Part shown: in pieces, positions 47,267 through 58,820 of the stretch | Numbering within the stretch: position 1 is the stretch's first letter | Layout of the letters: every line of letters begins with the position of its first letter | Source: Cyanophora paradoxa CCMP329 | Taxonomy: Eukaryota; Plantae; Glaucophyta | Direction of reading: 5' to 3' | Length of the DNA stretch: 64,000 nt | Assembly (NCBI GenBank): GCA_004431415.1 | Contig: QPMI01000258.1 | Span: forward strand, 1-64,000 | The notes under the pieces: model-generated | The model's database searches: none | What the model was told of the DNA's origin: nothing | What the model saw: the letters and a program-made list of their open reading frames with translations, nothing else | Translations under genes and position numbers: made by a program

Positions 47267-49101
47267 ATGAACGAAGGTTTAGCTAAATTCACCGCGGCGA
47301 CAGCGCTTGTCCTGGGCCTAGTCGCGGCGTGCCTGGCGTCTGAGGACGCGGCCGCGCGCTGGTCGTGGCAAGAAGCGACGTTCCACGAGCGCCAAGTCGT
47401 GCGCTGCAACGCTTGGAAGCAGCGAGGCGCCAACGGGGGCATCCGCATCTTCGATGCGTTCACTTTCTTTGAGGAGCTGGACGTCCTCGAGCTGCGGCTG
47501 GCCGGTGCGCTTTAAACTTTGAGTGCGAGCGGCCGGCAGCCCGCCTCCGGGCACTTTCCCGCTCATCCTCCCTGCGCCGCAGAGCTGGGCGGCTGTGTGG
47601 ATTTCCACGTGATCGCGGTAGGCGGCTCCGCCGTTCCCGCGCCCGGGCGGCGGCCGCCGACGGCGCGGGGCGGGGCGGGGCGGGGCGCAGGAGGCGAACA
47701 CGACGCACGCGGGGAACGCGAAGGAGCTGAAGCTGCTGCGGGCGCTCGAGGAGGGCCGCTACGCGCAGTACCGCGACCGCATCCGCTACATCGAGGCGCC
47801 CCGCCCCCGCCCCCGCCCCCGCCCCCGCCCGCCCCCGCCGGCCACCGACCGGGCCGCTCGCCCTTAGGTGAACGACATGCCGAACTGCGAGGAGGACCCG
47901 TGGGTGCGTCCCCTGTGCCCGCGGGCTGCCGGCAGCGCGAGGAGGTCGCTGAGGCGCTTGCCGCTCAGGTGTGCGAGAACTTCCAGCGGGAGGCGCTGGT
48001 GCGGGGCCTGCACGACATCGGCCCCGACGACTTCCTCCTCATCGGCGACCTCGACGAGGTCCCCTCCATGGCCGGCCTCGGCGTGCGCCCCCTCCCAGCC
48101 GCCCCCGCCCCGCACGCCTCCCCTCCCCTCGAGAGCGCCGCCTCGCGCGCTCGCCGGCTCGGGCGTGAGGGCGTGAGGGCGGGGCGGCAGGACGCGGTGG
48201 GGATGCACGTGATCCCGGAGCACGGCTCGGCGGGGCGCCTCACGGTCTTCTCCATGGAGGGCCGCCAGTTCTCCCTCAACTGGAAGCGCAAGCGCCGCTG
48301 GGACCGCGTCCGTCCCCGGGCCGCGCGCCAGGCCCCGCGCCGGCCCGGGCGGGGTGCGAGGGGCGGGGCGCAGGCGTACGGGCTGGCGGGGTCGCTGTTC
48401 GCGGGGGAGGAGTTCCGCTCCTCGCCGCAGGCCGTGCGCGACGCCCTCGAGCGCGGCGGCCGCCGCGTCACCTACATCACGTCCGCCCGCCCCCGGCCCC
48501 GGCCCGGCACCGCACCGCACTCCGCGCTGACCCCGGGGCCGGCGGGGTGGGCGTGGGGGCAGGGGCGGGTGGCACCTCTCGTACTTCGGGAGCATCGAGC
48601 GGGTGCGCCGCAAGATCGCCTCCTTCGCCCACCAGGAGTTCAACCGGTGCCCCCGCCCCGCCCCCTCCCTCCCCCGCCCCTCTCACCTCACCCCGCCCCC
48701 GCCCGCATCCGCAGCTGGCCCTACACCTCCTCCGCTTTCATCGAGAGCCGCGGTGCGCGCCACGTTCGCTGGAATGTACGGGCGCGGCTGCAGGGTCTGA
48801 GGGCGGGGCAGTGCGGTGCGGGAAGGACCTGTACGAGCGGGGGGAGGGGGACGACAGCGTGTACGACCCGCCGACGGTCGAGACGCTGGACCGCTTCCCC
48901 GCCCTCCTCCAGAAGCTCGCCCCCGACTTCGCCTCCTCCCTGGCCGCCGCGCGCGAGCGCTTCCCCGTCTTCTTCGGGCACGAGCGGGCGGAGAACTGCG
49001 AGGCGCTCGCCGCGGCGGCGGGGGCCGCCCTCGACGACGTCGCCGCCCTCACCTACGCGCACCGCGTCCCCTGGCCCGGCGGGCCCGTCGCCGGCGCCTG
49101 A
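47267..49101 (+). CDS. Glycosyltransferase family 17 (MGAT3/GnT-III-like), multi-exon
   Basis: Signal anchor; IFDAFTFFEELDVLELRL; EANTTHAGNAK; ENFQREAL; DDFLLIGDLDEVPS; GWHLSYFGS; KIASFAHQEFN. Confidence 0.9.
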
Positions 49102-49400
49102 CCGCTCGAACCAACGTCAACCCCGCACCCCGCCTGCGCGTAACGCAATATGTGAACGGGGAGAGTGGGCCTCTGGGAGAGCGGTACCCCTCGGCGACAG
49201 GTTGGGGTACGAAGTACAGGGAGCGTGCCGCCAGCGCCTTTGATCTGGCAAGCTTGCGCGCCTGAAAGCAGCACGCTTAAGTCGCGGAAAGTACGCGGAT
49301 ATCAGCTGCGCGGGTCGCTGGCGCGCACCCGATCACTTCAGCTAGCGCCACCCCGCACAGCGCGCGTGATCGATCGCACAGCGGTGTAGCTAGACGAAGG

Positions 49401-51688
49401 ATGAGCGGGGCGGAAGCTGAAGCGGCCGAGCCTGGAAAAGACGCCGGCTCCGCAGCAGAAGACGCGAAGCCGGCGCGGACCAGCGAGGCAGCCTCGAGCT
49501 CAGCAGCGCACAGCGGGATGCGCGTACGCGTCGAGCGGGAAGGGATGCGGGCGCCGCGGGCGGTGCAGTGGGCGGTGCTGGTGGCGCTCTGCGCTCTGGT
49601 CCGCACCCGCGAGCACGCGCAGCGGGGAGCGCCGCGCTCTCTCAGGCCCGCCGCGGCAGGCGTGGAACGTGGTGCCTCTGATGCGGCAGCCGGAGCTCAT
49701 CCCGGAGCTCGTCGCCTCCTACTTCCACACGTCCGTGCCCCCCGAGGGCACCCCGGCCGGTGCGCCCGCGCGCCCGTGCCCTGGGCCGGGCGATGCGCGG
49801 GGCCGAGCGGGAGGGGGCGGGGCGGGCAGAGGACCTGGGGGACTTCTACGAGTGGCTGCGGGGGCGGAACGCGACGTGGGAGGGGGTGGCGGTGCACGAC
49901 CTGCGCGACGCGAGCATGGGCCGCGGCCTCGTCGCCACCCGCCCCCTCAAGGTCCCGCCCCCCGCGCCCCCGCCGGCGCCCGCGGCTCGCGACGCCTCGG
50001 TGCGGGGACGGCAGCGGGAGGAGCTGGTGCTGGAGGTGCCGCTGGGGGCGCACCTGCTCTGCGAGCCGCCGCTCCTCGAGCACGTCCCCCGCGACTTCCC
50101 CGACCGCCTCCGCCTGTGCCTCGCCGCCCGCCTCGCCGAGGCCCGCCGCCGCCCCGCCGACCCCTTCGCGCCCTACGCGCGGGCCCTCCCCGACCCGCCG
50201 GAGCTGCCCTGGGAGTGGGCCGACGACGAGCTCGCCGCCCTCCAGGACGACGAGGCCGCCGGTCCGCTCATCCGCCCCCGCCGCCCCCGCCTCCGCCGAG
50301 TCGGGGCCGGGGCGGGGCAGGGCGATGCCGGCGGTGGCGGGAGCAGGCGCGGGCCTTCGTGGAGACGGGGGGCCCCGCGGAGGCGCTGCGGGCGGCGCTG
50401 CCCGAGCGCTTCCCGCCGGGCTCGCTCTCGGGGGAGGAGCTGCGGTGGGCGCTCTCGACGGTGCTCTCCCGCGCCCTCAACGACCGCCTCGTGCCCCTCT
50501 TCGATTTCGGCAACCACCGCGAGACCGCGCGCCCCCCCGCCCGCCCCGCCCGCCCAGCCCCGTCCCGCGCGCCGAGCCTCCCCGCAGGGTGCGGAGGCGA
50601 CGGGGCAGGTGGAGGAGGAGAGCGTGGGGAGCGAGCTGCTCTCCGTGCGCGTCCACGCGCCCCGGGCCGTCCCCGCCGGCCAGCAGCTCTTCCTCTCCTA
50701 CGGCCGCTCCCTCTCCGGCCTCAACATCTTCGAGCGCGCCCCGCCCCCTCCCGCCCCCGCCCTTCGCCTCCCGCCGCTCACGGCCCCGCGCCCCACCGCG
50801 CAGGACGTTCGGGTACGTGCCGCCGCTGGAGGAGCACCGCGTCGTCCGCTCCGTCCGCTTCGCCCCCTCCGACCGGCGCGCCCCCCGCCGCCTACCCCCG
50901 CCCCGCCTGCCGGCCGAGGGCGGGGGTGCGGCGCAGGGCGACGGCCCTCCTGCTGGCGGCGGCCGTGGCGACGAAGAGCCGCGACGGCAGCGCGTGCGCG
51001 CCCGCCCCCGGGCGGGCCGCGGGCGGGGCGGGCGGTGAGCGGGGCGGGCGGCAGGTGGTGACGGTGGTGGCGGCGCACGGCAAGATCCCCTCCCGCCTCG
51101 TTGAGGCCGGCCGCCTCGTCGTCTGGGCCGCAGGCGCCCCCGCCCCGCCCCGCCCCGCCCAGCCCCGCCGCCCCTCTCACGCGAGGCGCCCGCGCAGGCG
51201 GCAACAAGCACCTGCCCCCGAGGAAGGCCAACAACGTGCAGGCGCGCCCGGCCCGCCCGCCGTCCTTGCTCGGCGGCCCCGGCGGCGCCGGCTTGGCGAA
51301 CGGTCGTCCGCAGGTGATCGGGCGGGAGAACGAGATGCGGGCCCTGCTCTGGTCTGCCCGCACCGTCCGCGTGCGTGCCCCTCCCCGCCCGCCCCCCCGC
51401 CGCCTTGACCGGCGCTTGGCGGCAGGGCTGGCTGAAGGAGCACCCCACTGTGCGCGCGCCGGCCTCGCCGCAGGCGTTGCACACGAGGACCGACCGGGGC
51501 CGGGGCACGCGGGCGCAGACGGTGGAGGAGGACCGGGCGGAGGAGGCGCGGCTGGCGGCGGAGCGGGGGGGCGGGGCGGGCGGGCGGGGCGGGGGGCGAG
51601 GGCGGCGCGGCTGCGGGGCGACGCGAAGGCGACGCTCGTGCGCCTCGCGGAGATCCTCGAGGGCCACGCCCGCGACATGGCCGCCTAG
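49401..51688 (+). CDS. SET-domain methyltransferase, Rubisco LSMT/SETD3-like class, multi-exon
   Basis: FYEWLRG, GRGLVATRPL, LVLEVPL, WALSTVLSRAL, LVPLFDFGNH, VPAGQQLFLSYG, TFGYV; start could be 49401 or a downstream in-frame ATG. Confidence 0.85.
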
Positions 51689-51979
51689 GCCCGGTGCCCC
51701 CGCCCCCGCACCCCGCCCCCGCCCGCCTCAGCGCTGACGGCCCTCGCACACAGACAACGATGTCTCGCGAACGACGCTCGGCGTGCGCACTGGCACAGCC
51801 TCTGCCGGCCTGCAGCTGTCGCCACATTGTGCAGGCTCTCAGATGTTGTGGCCCTTTCGGAATGTTCAAGGCTTGCAATGGGGCCCGTGACCGTTCCGCG
51901 CACTCGCCGTTTCGTTCACGTGAAGTCTCAAGGGGCGATCAGCGGGGGTACCCCGCACCCTATGCGGGGGTTACCAGTT

Positions 51980-52560
51980 AGCTATAGACTCTAAAAGCTT
52001 CGGAGTTTAAGGATTCCTGATCATGAGCCCGGCCAGGGCTAGGGTAAAGCCTTGAAGGCTGCTCCGATTCTTATGCATGCGCAGGGCCTGCCAGCTGCAG
52101 GCTGCACCCACATGTCCAGCGCTAGCGGGGTGTCCTTCAAAGCTTGAAGGCTTCAAGTTTTGTGGTCAGGGGCCCGGGGGGTGCCATGATGCCATGATGG
52201 CCTAACCGTGGGGGCTGCCTCATGCTCATCGAGTCATCACGGCCCCCAGCCTCAGGGCCTCAAGGCTTGGAGGCATGGGGGCGGGATCATCGGACTCACA
52301 CATGAGCCTCAGAGCTCGCGCAATTGCCAAGTTGCAAGCTTAAGGGCTTCAAGGCTTCGAGGCTCCGGGAAGTCCCGGGCCGGGGTCCAAACTTGAAGGA
52401 CTCGGGAGGCTCCGAGGCCTGATCATGAGGGGCCGCGGTTGGGGGTTTCCGAAGTTCAAAATTGAAATGTACACCTGACTCTCTTTCTGTTTCTCTTTGG
52501 GTCTGCTGTGCTGGTGCTGAAATTGAAATCTACCTCTACATGCCATGATGTACACTCGGT
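51980..52560. other. Second palindrome-rich, apparently CpG-poorer intergenic block
   Basis: CCTTCAAAGCTTGAAGG overlapping CTTGAAGGCTTCAAG; many AAGCTT, TCATGA, CATG and TGCA words; between convergent genes. Confidence 0.55.
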
Positions 52561-52643
52561 GACCGTACGCGTGATTCTCACGTTTGCACTGCCAGGCCAG
52601 CGGCCGGCAGCCGTGTCAGGATCGTGAACTCTGAGCCCGGCGC

Positions 52644-55600
52644 TTATCGCGTAGGCCTGGGTGCGCTGCTCGCGTCCGCCTGGGGAGCGGGGCCCGCCCC
52701 CGCGGCTCGCGAGCGCTGCGGCCCGAGGGCGTCGGCGCCGTCGGCAGATCCAGAGGGGCTCCGGGCCCCGCCGGGGGCCTCAGGCTCCTCCCCGCCCACG
52801 CCGCCGGGCGGGCGCGGCTGCCCGCTCGAGTGCATCTCCTGCAGGGGCCGCCCGTCCGACGTCTGCCGCAGCAGCACCTTCAAGAGGAAGAGCATCGTGT
52901 CGCCTGCGCCCGCGGGGCTCGACACCGGCAGCCCAAGCCTCGCGAGGACTGTCGCGCACGGCTCTTCCAGTAGACGAAGTGGGCGGGGAGGACGCCGAGG
53001 TACTCCGACAGCGACTCGTGCGCCCGCTCTGCGCCCGCCCCGAGCCGCCGCCGGTGAGCAGCCCGGGGCGGGGCGGGGCGGGGCGGGGCGGGGCACCCTG
53101 GAGCATGAAGTCGAAGCGGAGGCCGCCGCGGAGGACCTCCTCGGGGTCCCGCTCCAGCTCCCGCTCCGCCTCGAGCTCCACGTCCCCCGCGCTCCCCTCC
53201 CCCTCTCCGTCCCCCTCGCACCCCGAGCCCCCGCTCCCCGCCCCCGGCCCCTCCCGCCGCGCCCCCGCCCCCGCCCCCGCCGCGGGGCCGGGGCGTGCCC
53301 TGGTGGGGCGGCGGGGAGGGGCGGAGGGCCATGCCCCGCAGGGGCTCCACGCCGGCGCCGGTGGAGGGCCCTCCCCGCTCCGCCCCCTCCTCCTCGCTCT
53401 CCGTCCACGCCTCGCTCCCTACCGACCCCCGCCCCCAGCGCCGCCCGTCAGAAAGCAGCCAGGGGCGCGGTGCGAGGCGGGGGCGCGGGCACCGAGGAGG
53501 CCGCGGGCGGGGCCGGGGCGGGGAGGCGCGCCGGCGCCTCTCGCGGTCGGCCATGCTGGCGAGGCCGGCCCCCGCGAAGGTGGCCCGCCCGGGGCGCCGG
53601 CCCCCGCCGCCTCCTCCCACCCCTCCTCTTCCTCGTCGCTCTCCTGCAGGTACGCGCTCGCCTCCGGGTCGGGCCGCGGCGAGCCGCCCCTGCCGCCCCC
53701 CGCCCGCCTTAGCCGCCGCCGCACAGCGCGGTCAGGAGCAGGGCGGGCGTGTGGCGGGGCGGGGCGGGGGCGGCACCGTCCATGTCCTGCATCTGCAGCG
53801 TGGCGGCGCTCGCGGCCGCCCGCGTGGGCCGGGGCGGCCGCGGGGCCTTGCTGGGCGAGGCCCCGCTGCCCTCGATGCTCTCCGCCCCGGACCCCGACGC
53901 CAGCCCCTCCGCGCTCGCCGAGCCCAGAGACCCCGCCCCGGGCCGCCCACCGCCGCCCCGGCCCCGGCGGCGGCGCCGCCACCAGCGCTGGCACCGGGAC
54001 GGGCCCGCGGGCCGGGGCGGGGCGGGCCCCAGAGGCGCCTGGGGAAGCCGCCGATGGCGCCGACGGCGCCGATGACGCGGTCCTTGATCGCCCCCGTGCG
54101 CGCCGACACGCTGCGCCCCCGCCAGCTCACCCCGCCCCGGCCGGGCGGGGGCGGGGCGGGGCGGGGGCGGGTCGGGGCGGGGGCGGGGCGGGGGCGGGGG
54201 CGGGCGCCTGTAGTGGGAGCGGAGGCCGCCGGTGCGCCAGTGGGGCAGCACGCAGGGCGCCTCCACCGCCCCGGGGCCGGCGCCGGCGCCCTGCACCAGC
54301 GCCTCCCCGCTCGACGCCAGCAGCGGCTCCAGCCGGTCTGCCCCCGCCCCGGCCCCGCTCAGTGATGCTCACGCCCCGCCCCTCTGCGGCCGGGAGCAGC
54401 GCGCACATGCGACGGGATCGTGCTGGGCGGGACCGGCGAGGGGCGAGTGAGCGGAGCGGGGCGGTACGGTGCAAGCCGGGCCCTGGCTGCGGTCGGAGGC
54501 AGCGCGCACGGGATGGAATATGTCTGCGCGCGAGGGCGGGTGCCACGGTGAGACCGGCGCTCGGGAAGGCAAGCGCGGCGGGCGGGGCGGACTGTAGATG
54601 GGACAGCCGCGCAGGAGCATCGAGCGGCCGCGGGGCGCCCCGCGGAGGGTGAGGAAGACAGCGAGCTGCGGCACGGCCGTCAGCGGGTGGAGCTCAGCTG
54701 CGGACGGGCGAAGGCGGGGGCGGGGGTCGGACGGGGGAGCCGGCGCAGAAGAGGTTGGAGACGCGGAAGTCGAGGCGCGGGTAGCGCAGCGGGCGTCCCC
54801 CCGCCGCCAGCGGCTCCGGCTCCGCCTCCGCCGCCCCGTCCGGCACGTGCCCGTACCCCGGCTGGTGCCGCAGGATGTCGTACGCTGCAGGCGGACGTTG
54901 GTCGGCGCGGGGAGGGCGGGGAGGCGGGGGGCGGGGCGGACAGATGACGGAGCCGAGGGAGTGGCCGAAGACGGAGACGGGCCCGTCGAAGTCGGGGTGG
55001 CGCCCCATGAAGTCCCGGTACGTCCCGTTCAGCAGCGCCGTCACCTCCGAGATGATCACCTGCCCCCGCCCCGCCCCCGCTCGCCCCGCCGCGTTCCCGG
55101 GGGAGGGGGAGGGGCGGGGCCGGGGGCGCCTGCTCGTAGGTGGGGCTCATGTAGTACAGCACGTCGAGGAACGTGTCGTTCAGGAACCTGGGGCCCCGCG
55201 CGTCGGCCGCTGGGGAGGGGCCCCGGCCCCGGCCGCGCGGGCGGGAGAGGCGCCGCTCACATCCGGAACCGCTGCGCGAACGGCAGTGTGATCTCCTGCG
55301 CCGCGGCACCAGGTCAGCTCTGCGCGCTTCGAAACTGAACCTACTGTCATTATCCGCACACCTGCATGATTCTGCGTGCCGCGCGTCGGGCGCGCGGGCG
55401 CGGTTAGAGCAGTTGCGAAGAGGTGTGCGCAAAGCGCGCGCGCGCGGGGGGGACAGTGGCGCACTTGTCCACGCCGTGAAGATCGTGCAATCGCGAGTGC
55501 CACTCGACCTGGCGCCGGCGCGTGAGGCCGCAGTGCGCGAGGTGTCGCGGGCGCAGCGCGGCTACCGTCTCGAAGGCCACGTCGACGCCGTGAAGCCGCT

Positions 55601-56050
55601 CAGGGAAGTGCGATTTGAGAAGAACATCTCGATTCGTCCTCATCTGTGTTTGCAGGTCGGCGCGGCGCGGCGCGGCCTCCGCTAGGCCCGCCGCGATACC
55701 TTGGTGAGGTTGTCGCGGATGAAGGAGCCTTCGATTTGTTCGTTGTTCTTCCCCTTGGCCGTCCACTGCTGACTTCCGATTCCATGGACGACTGCAAAAG
55801 TGAAGCAGAGGTTGCGGGGTCAGCGCGAGCACGGCGGGGAGTTGCGTACACGAACGAATCAAAGAGGCATCTGGCGCGCGCAGGCGCGCTCAGGCGCACC
55901 GATCACAAGGTGGTTAGGCTTCTTCGGCCGCGACTCGGCCTCGTAGTGCACGGCCCCCTTCTTGTGCGTGAGCGTATCGAGCGCTTGCAAGGGGCGCGGT
56001 TCGGGCGGTGGCGTTTCAGCCTGCCTGAAGCTTCGCAGCTTCTGGAGCAT
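52644..56050 (-). CDS. DDHD-domain phospholipase A1 (PA-PLA1/SGR2-like), multi-exon
   Basis: VEWHSRLH, FLNDTFLDVLYYMSP, lipase motif FGHSLGSVI/YDIL, LFCAGSP/LAVFLTLRG, IFHP.DPVA.RLEP, FDFMLQ, AHFVYWKS. Confidence 0.9.
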
Positions 56051-56315
56051 CGCGCTCAGGCGCCTCCAGCGGCGGACCAGCGCTCCTGACGCTGCTAACC
56101 GTCGAATCGTCGAACACAGAAACGTGCTTCTTGCGGATTCGAACCGTCGACCACAGAACTTCGCCCCCCCTTTTCAAACCGCGCCGGCCCGGCGCGCGCG
56201 CGCGCGCTCGGCTGCGCCCGATCGCGATGGCTCCTCGAGCGGCTTTTTACCGACTGCACATTTGCGCAGCCGTCGTGACCGCGGCAAACCCAAAGCTCAC
56301 GCAGCTCCCACACGA

Positions 56316-58699
56316 ATGGGGAGCCGTGCGTCCTCCACCCGCTACGCAGGGCAGAAAGATGTAAAGCCGAGCGGTTCAAATTCGTCGACCCTCCGCGCGC
56401 TCGGCGAGCTGGAAAGGTGCTCCGCGACGCGCGCGAAGGAGACGCACCAGGCCCATGGCCCAGCCGCGGACAGACGAGGCTAACGGGACTTGCGCAGGTT
56501 CTGGCACGCCTGCTCGGGCATCGGCTACGGGAACGTGGTCGTCTGCGTGAAGCTCGAGGGGCCGCTCGTCCCCGAGCTCTTTCGAGCCGCCGTGAGCTTC
56601 TTCTCGCCCGGTCGCTTCGGTTCAGAACTGCGTGTCACATGCAAACCCGCCGCGCAGTGGCTCGCCTGCCTCCGGGAGCAGACAGCGCTCCGCGTCGCCG
56701 TCACGGGTGAGCTCGCTCACCCGGTCACCCGGCGCCTCGGTCGGAGCCTTGAGAGATCCAGCGCCACCGCAGAGGAGGCCGGGATCAAGTACTTTCGCTC
56801 GCTCTCCGAGTGGAGCGTGAGGCGGACGTTTGAAGGCGAGCGCCGCCGCCCGCACGCCGCCCGCGGCCGCCCCGCTGACCTCGGCGCGCCGGCCGGCACG
56901 CAGTGGTGCAGTGCGCGAACGAAGAGGCGCGGGAGGAGGCGCGGCAGGCGGCCGGGGCGCGGCGCTTCGGGAACGAGGAGGCGCTGGCGCGGGCGTCGCT
57001 GCTCGTCGCCGACAACTCCGGGGCGCCGCGCACCGCTCCGAGCTCGTCCTCTCGCTCTGCGCCGCCGTCTGCGGTGCGACCCCCGCCCCGCCCCGGCCGA
57101 CGGCGCGCGGGGGCGAGGGAGGGGCGGGGCAGACGGCAGCAACGCGGGGCGCTGGTCGCGGCGCTGCTCGGGCGCTACCGCGTGCTGCAGCGCCCGCCCT
57201 CGACCCTCCTCCCCAAGCCCCTCCCGCCCCGGCCGAGGCCCTCGCCCGCCCCCCGTCCTCGAGCGCGCCCGCGCCGCCCCCCGGCGCCCCTGCGCGGGGC
57301 CGCCCCGCCCGGCGTCGAGGCGGAGCCGCGGGCGGCGCGCCGGGGCCGCGGCGGCAGCGCTTCCTCTGCGCAGAGCTGGGCGAGGGGCCACGGGGGAGCT
57401 GCTGACGGCCTGCCGGCGCCGGGGGCCTCCCTCGGGGCCGCCCTCGCCGCCGCCTTCACCGCCGCCGCAGCGGGGGCCGGGCTCGTCGCCCCGGGCCCCC
57501 CGAGGGCCCCGAGGGGAGCCGCTGTGCGCCCCCGACCTGCGCGTCGGGCTGGACCTGCGGCGCCACTGGGAGGCCGCGCGGGGCGCCCCGGGCGGGGCGA
57601 CGCGGCGTGCTACGCCGCCGTCCTCTCCGCGGGGGTCCCCCTCGGCCCCGCCACGCCCCTCTGGGAACTCGCGGCGGCCGCCCACGAGGCGATCCACGGC
57701 GTCGTGCGCCGCCACGAGCACCTCGCCTGCCTGCGCGCCCCCGCCCCGCCCCGCTCCTCCGCTTCGGTGGCGGCTCACGTGGGGGCGGGGGCAGGAACTC
57801 GATGGCGGGGCGCTGGCGCGGGGCGCGGCGCCGCTGCGCTCCCTGCGGCACCGCGCCGCCGGCGCCCTCGACATGCTCGCCCTCTCCCCCTCGGCGCCGT
57901 CCGCCCCGCCCCCGCCCCGCCCCCGCCCCCGGCGCCTTCGCGGGGGCCGACGCGGGGGCGGGCAGCTGCCGGGCTGGAGCCGGCGGGGTGCCCGCTGCGC
58001 GTGCGCTCCTTCGCGCAGTTCGTCGGCCTCGCGGGCCTCGGGCCCCGCGCCCACCTCGCCGCCGCCCTGCACCGCGACCGGTCCCCGCCCCCGCCCCGCC
58101 CCGCTGCGCTGCGGCGGCTGAGGGCGGGCAGGCTCTGCCTGTGGCTCTCGTGCGCGGAGGAGGCGGGGCCGGCGGGGCGGCGGGGCCCTCCTCGAGGGCG
58201 TCGCCGCGTGCCTGCGCGCCGCCGCCGCGGGGAGCCGCGCGTGGCGGAGGCGCTGCCGCCGCCCGCCGCCGCCGCCCTCGAGGCCGCCTTCGAGGAGGCC
58301 GCCCAATCCCTCGCCCGCAGGCAGCCCTCGTGCCCGCCCCGCCCCGCGGCCACCCCCTCCTCTACCCCCCTCCCGCCCCGCCCCGCCCCGCCCCCCGCCG
58401 CAGACACCGGCCCGGCCCCGGGCGGGGCCGTCGTGCTCCCCGCGGGGGCACGAAAGCCCTCCGCGGGGGAGCGAAAGCCCTCGGCGGGGGCGCGGAAGTC
58501 CTCCGCGGGGGCGCGGAGGGGGTCGGCGGGGGCGCGGAAGGCGTCGGGGGGGCCCGGGAGGCGGCCGACGTACGAGCCGCTGTGGGGCGGCGGGGGCGAT
58601 CGGGAGGAGGGCGCGCGGACGCCGAAGCGCGCGTGGGGCCGCGACGAGCCGCCCGGCGTGCTCTTCGTGGGCCCCCCTACCCCCCTCGCGTACACGTAG
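56316..58699 (+). CDS. Condensation-domain/alcohol acyltransferase-fold protein with degenerate HxxxD motif, multi-exon
   Basis: RALGELER/FW, VKLEGPL, ELVLSLCAAVC/DG, LLTACRRRGASLGAALAAAF, LDLRRH, LWELAAAAHEAI; the family assignment is by pattern recognition only. Confidence 0.6.
58442..58546 (+). repeat. 21-bp coding minisatellite x5 (AG(A/E)R(K/R)xS)
   Basis: GCGGGGGCACGAAAGCCCTCC and four variants in tandem. Confidence 0.85.
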
Positions 58700-58820
58700 C
58701 CGCTCCTCGGGATCGGATCGGACTCGACGATGATGTACACGTGCGGGGACACAGGGGGAGGGCAAGGGGCGGGCGCGAGGGGGACGGGAGCGCCGTGGCC
58801 GAGGGGGGGCGGAGGGGGGC

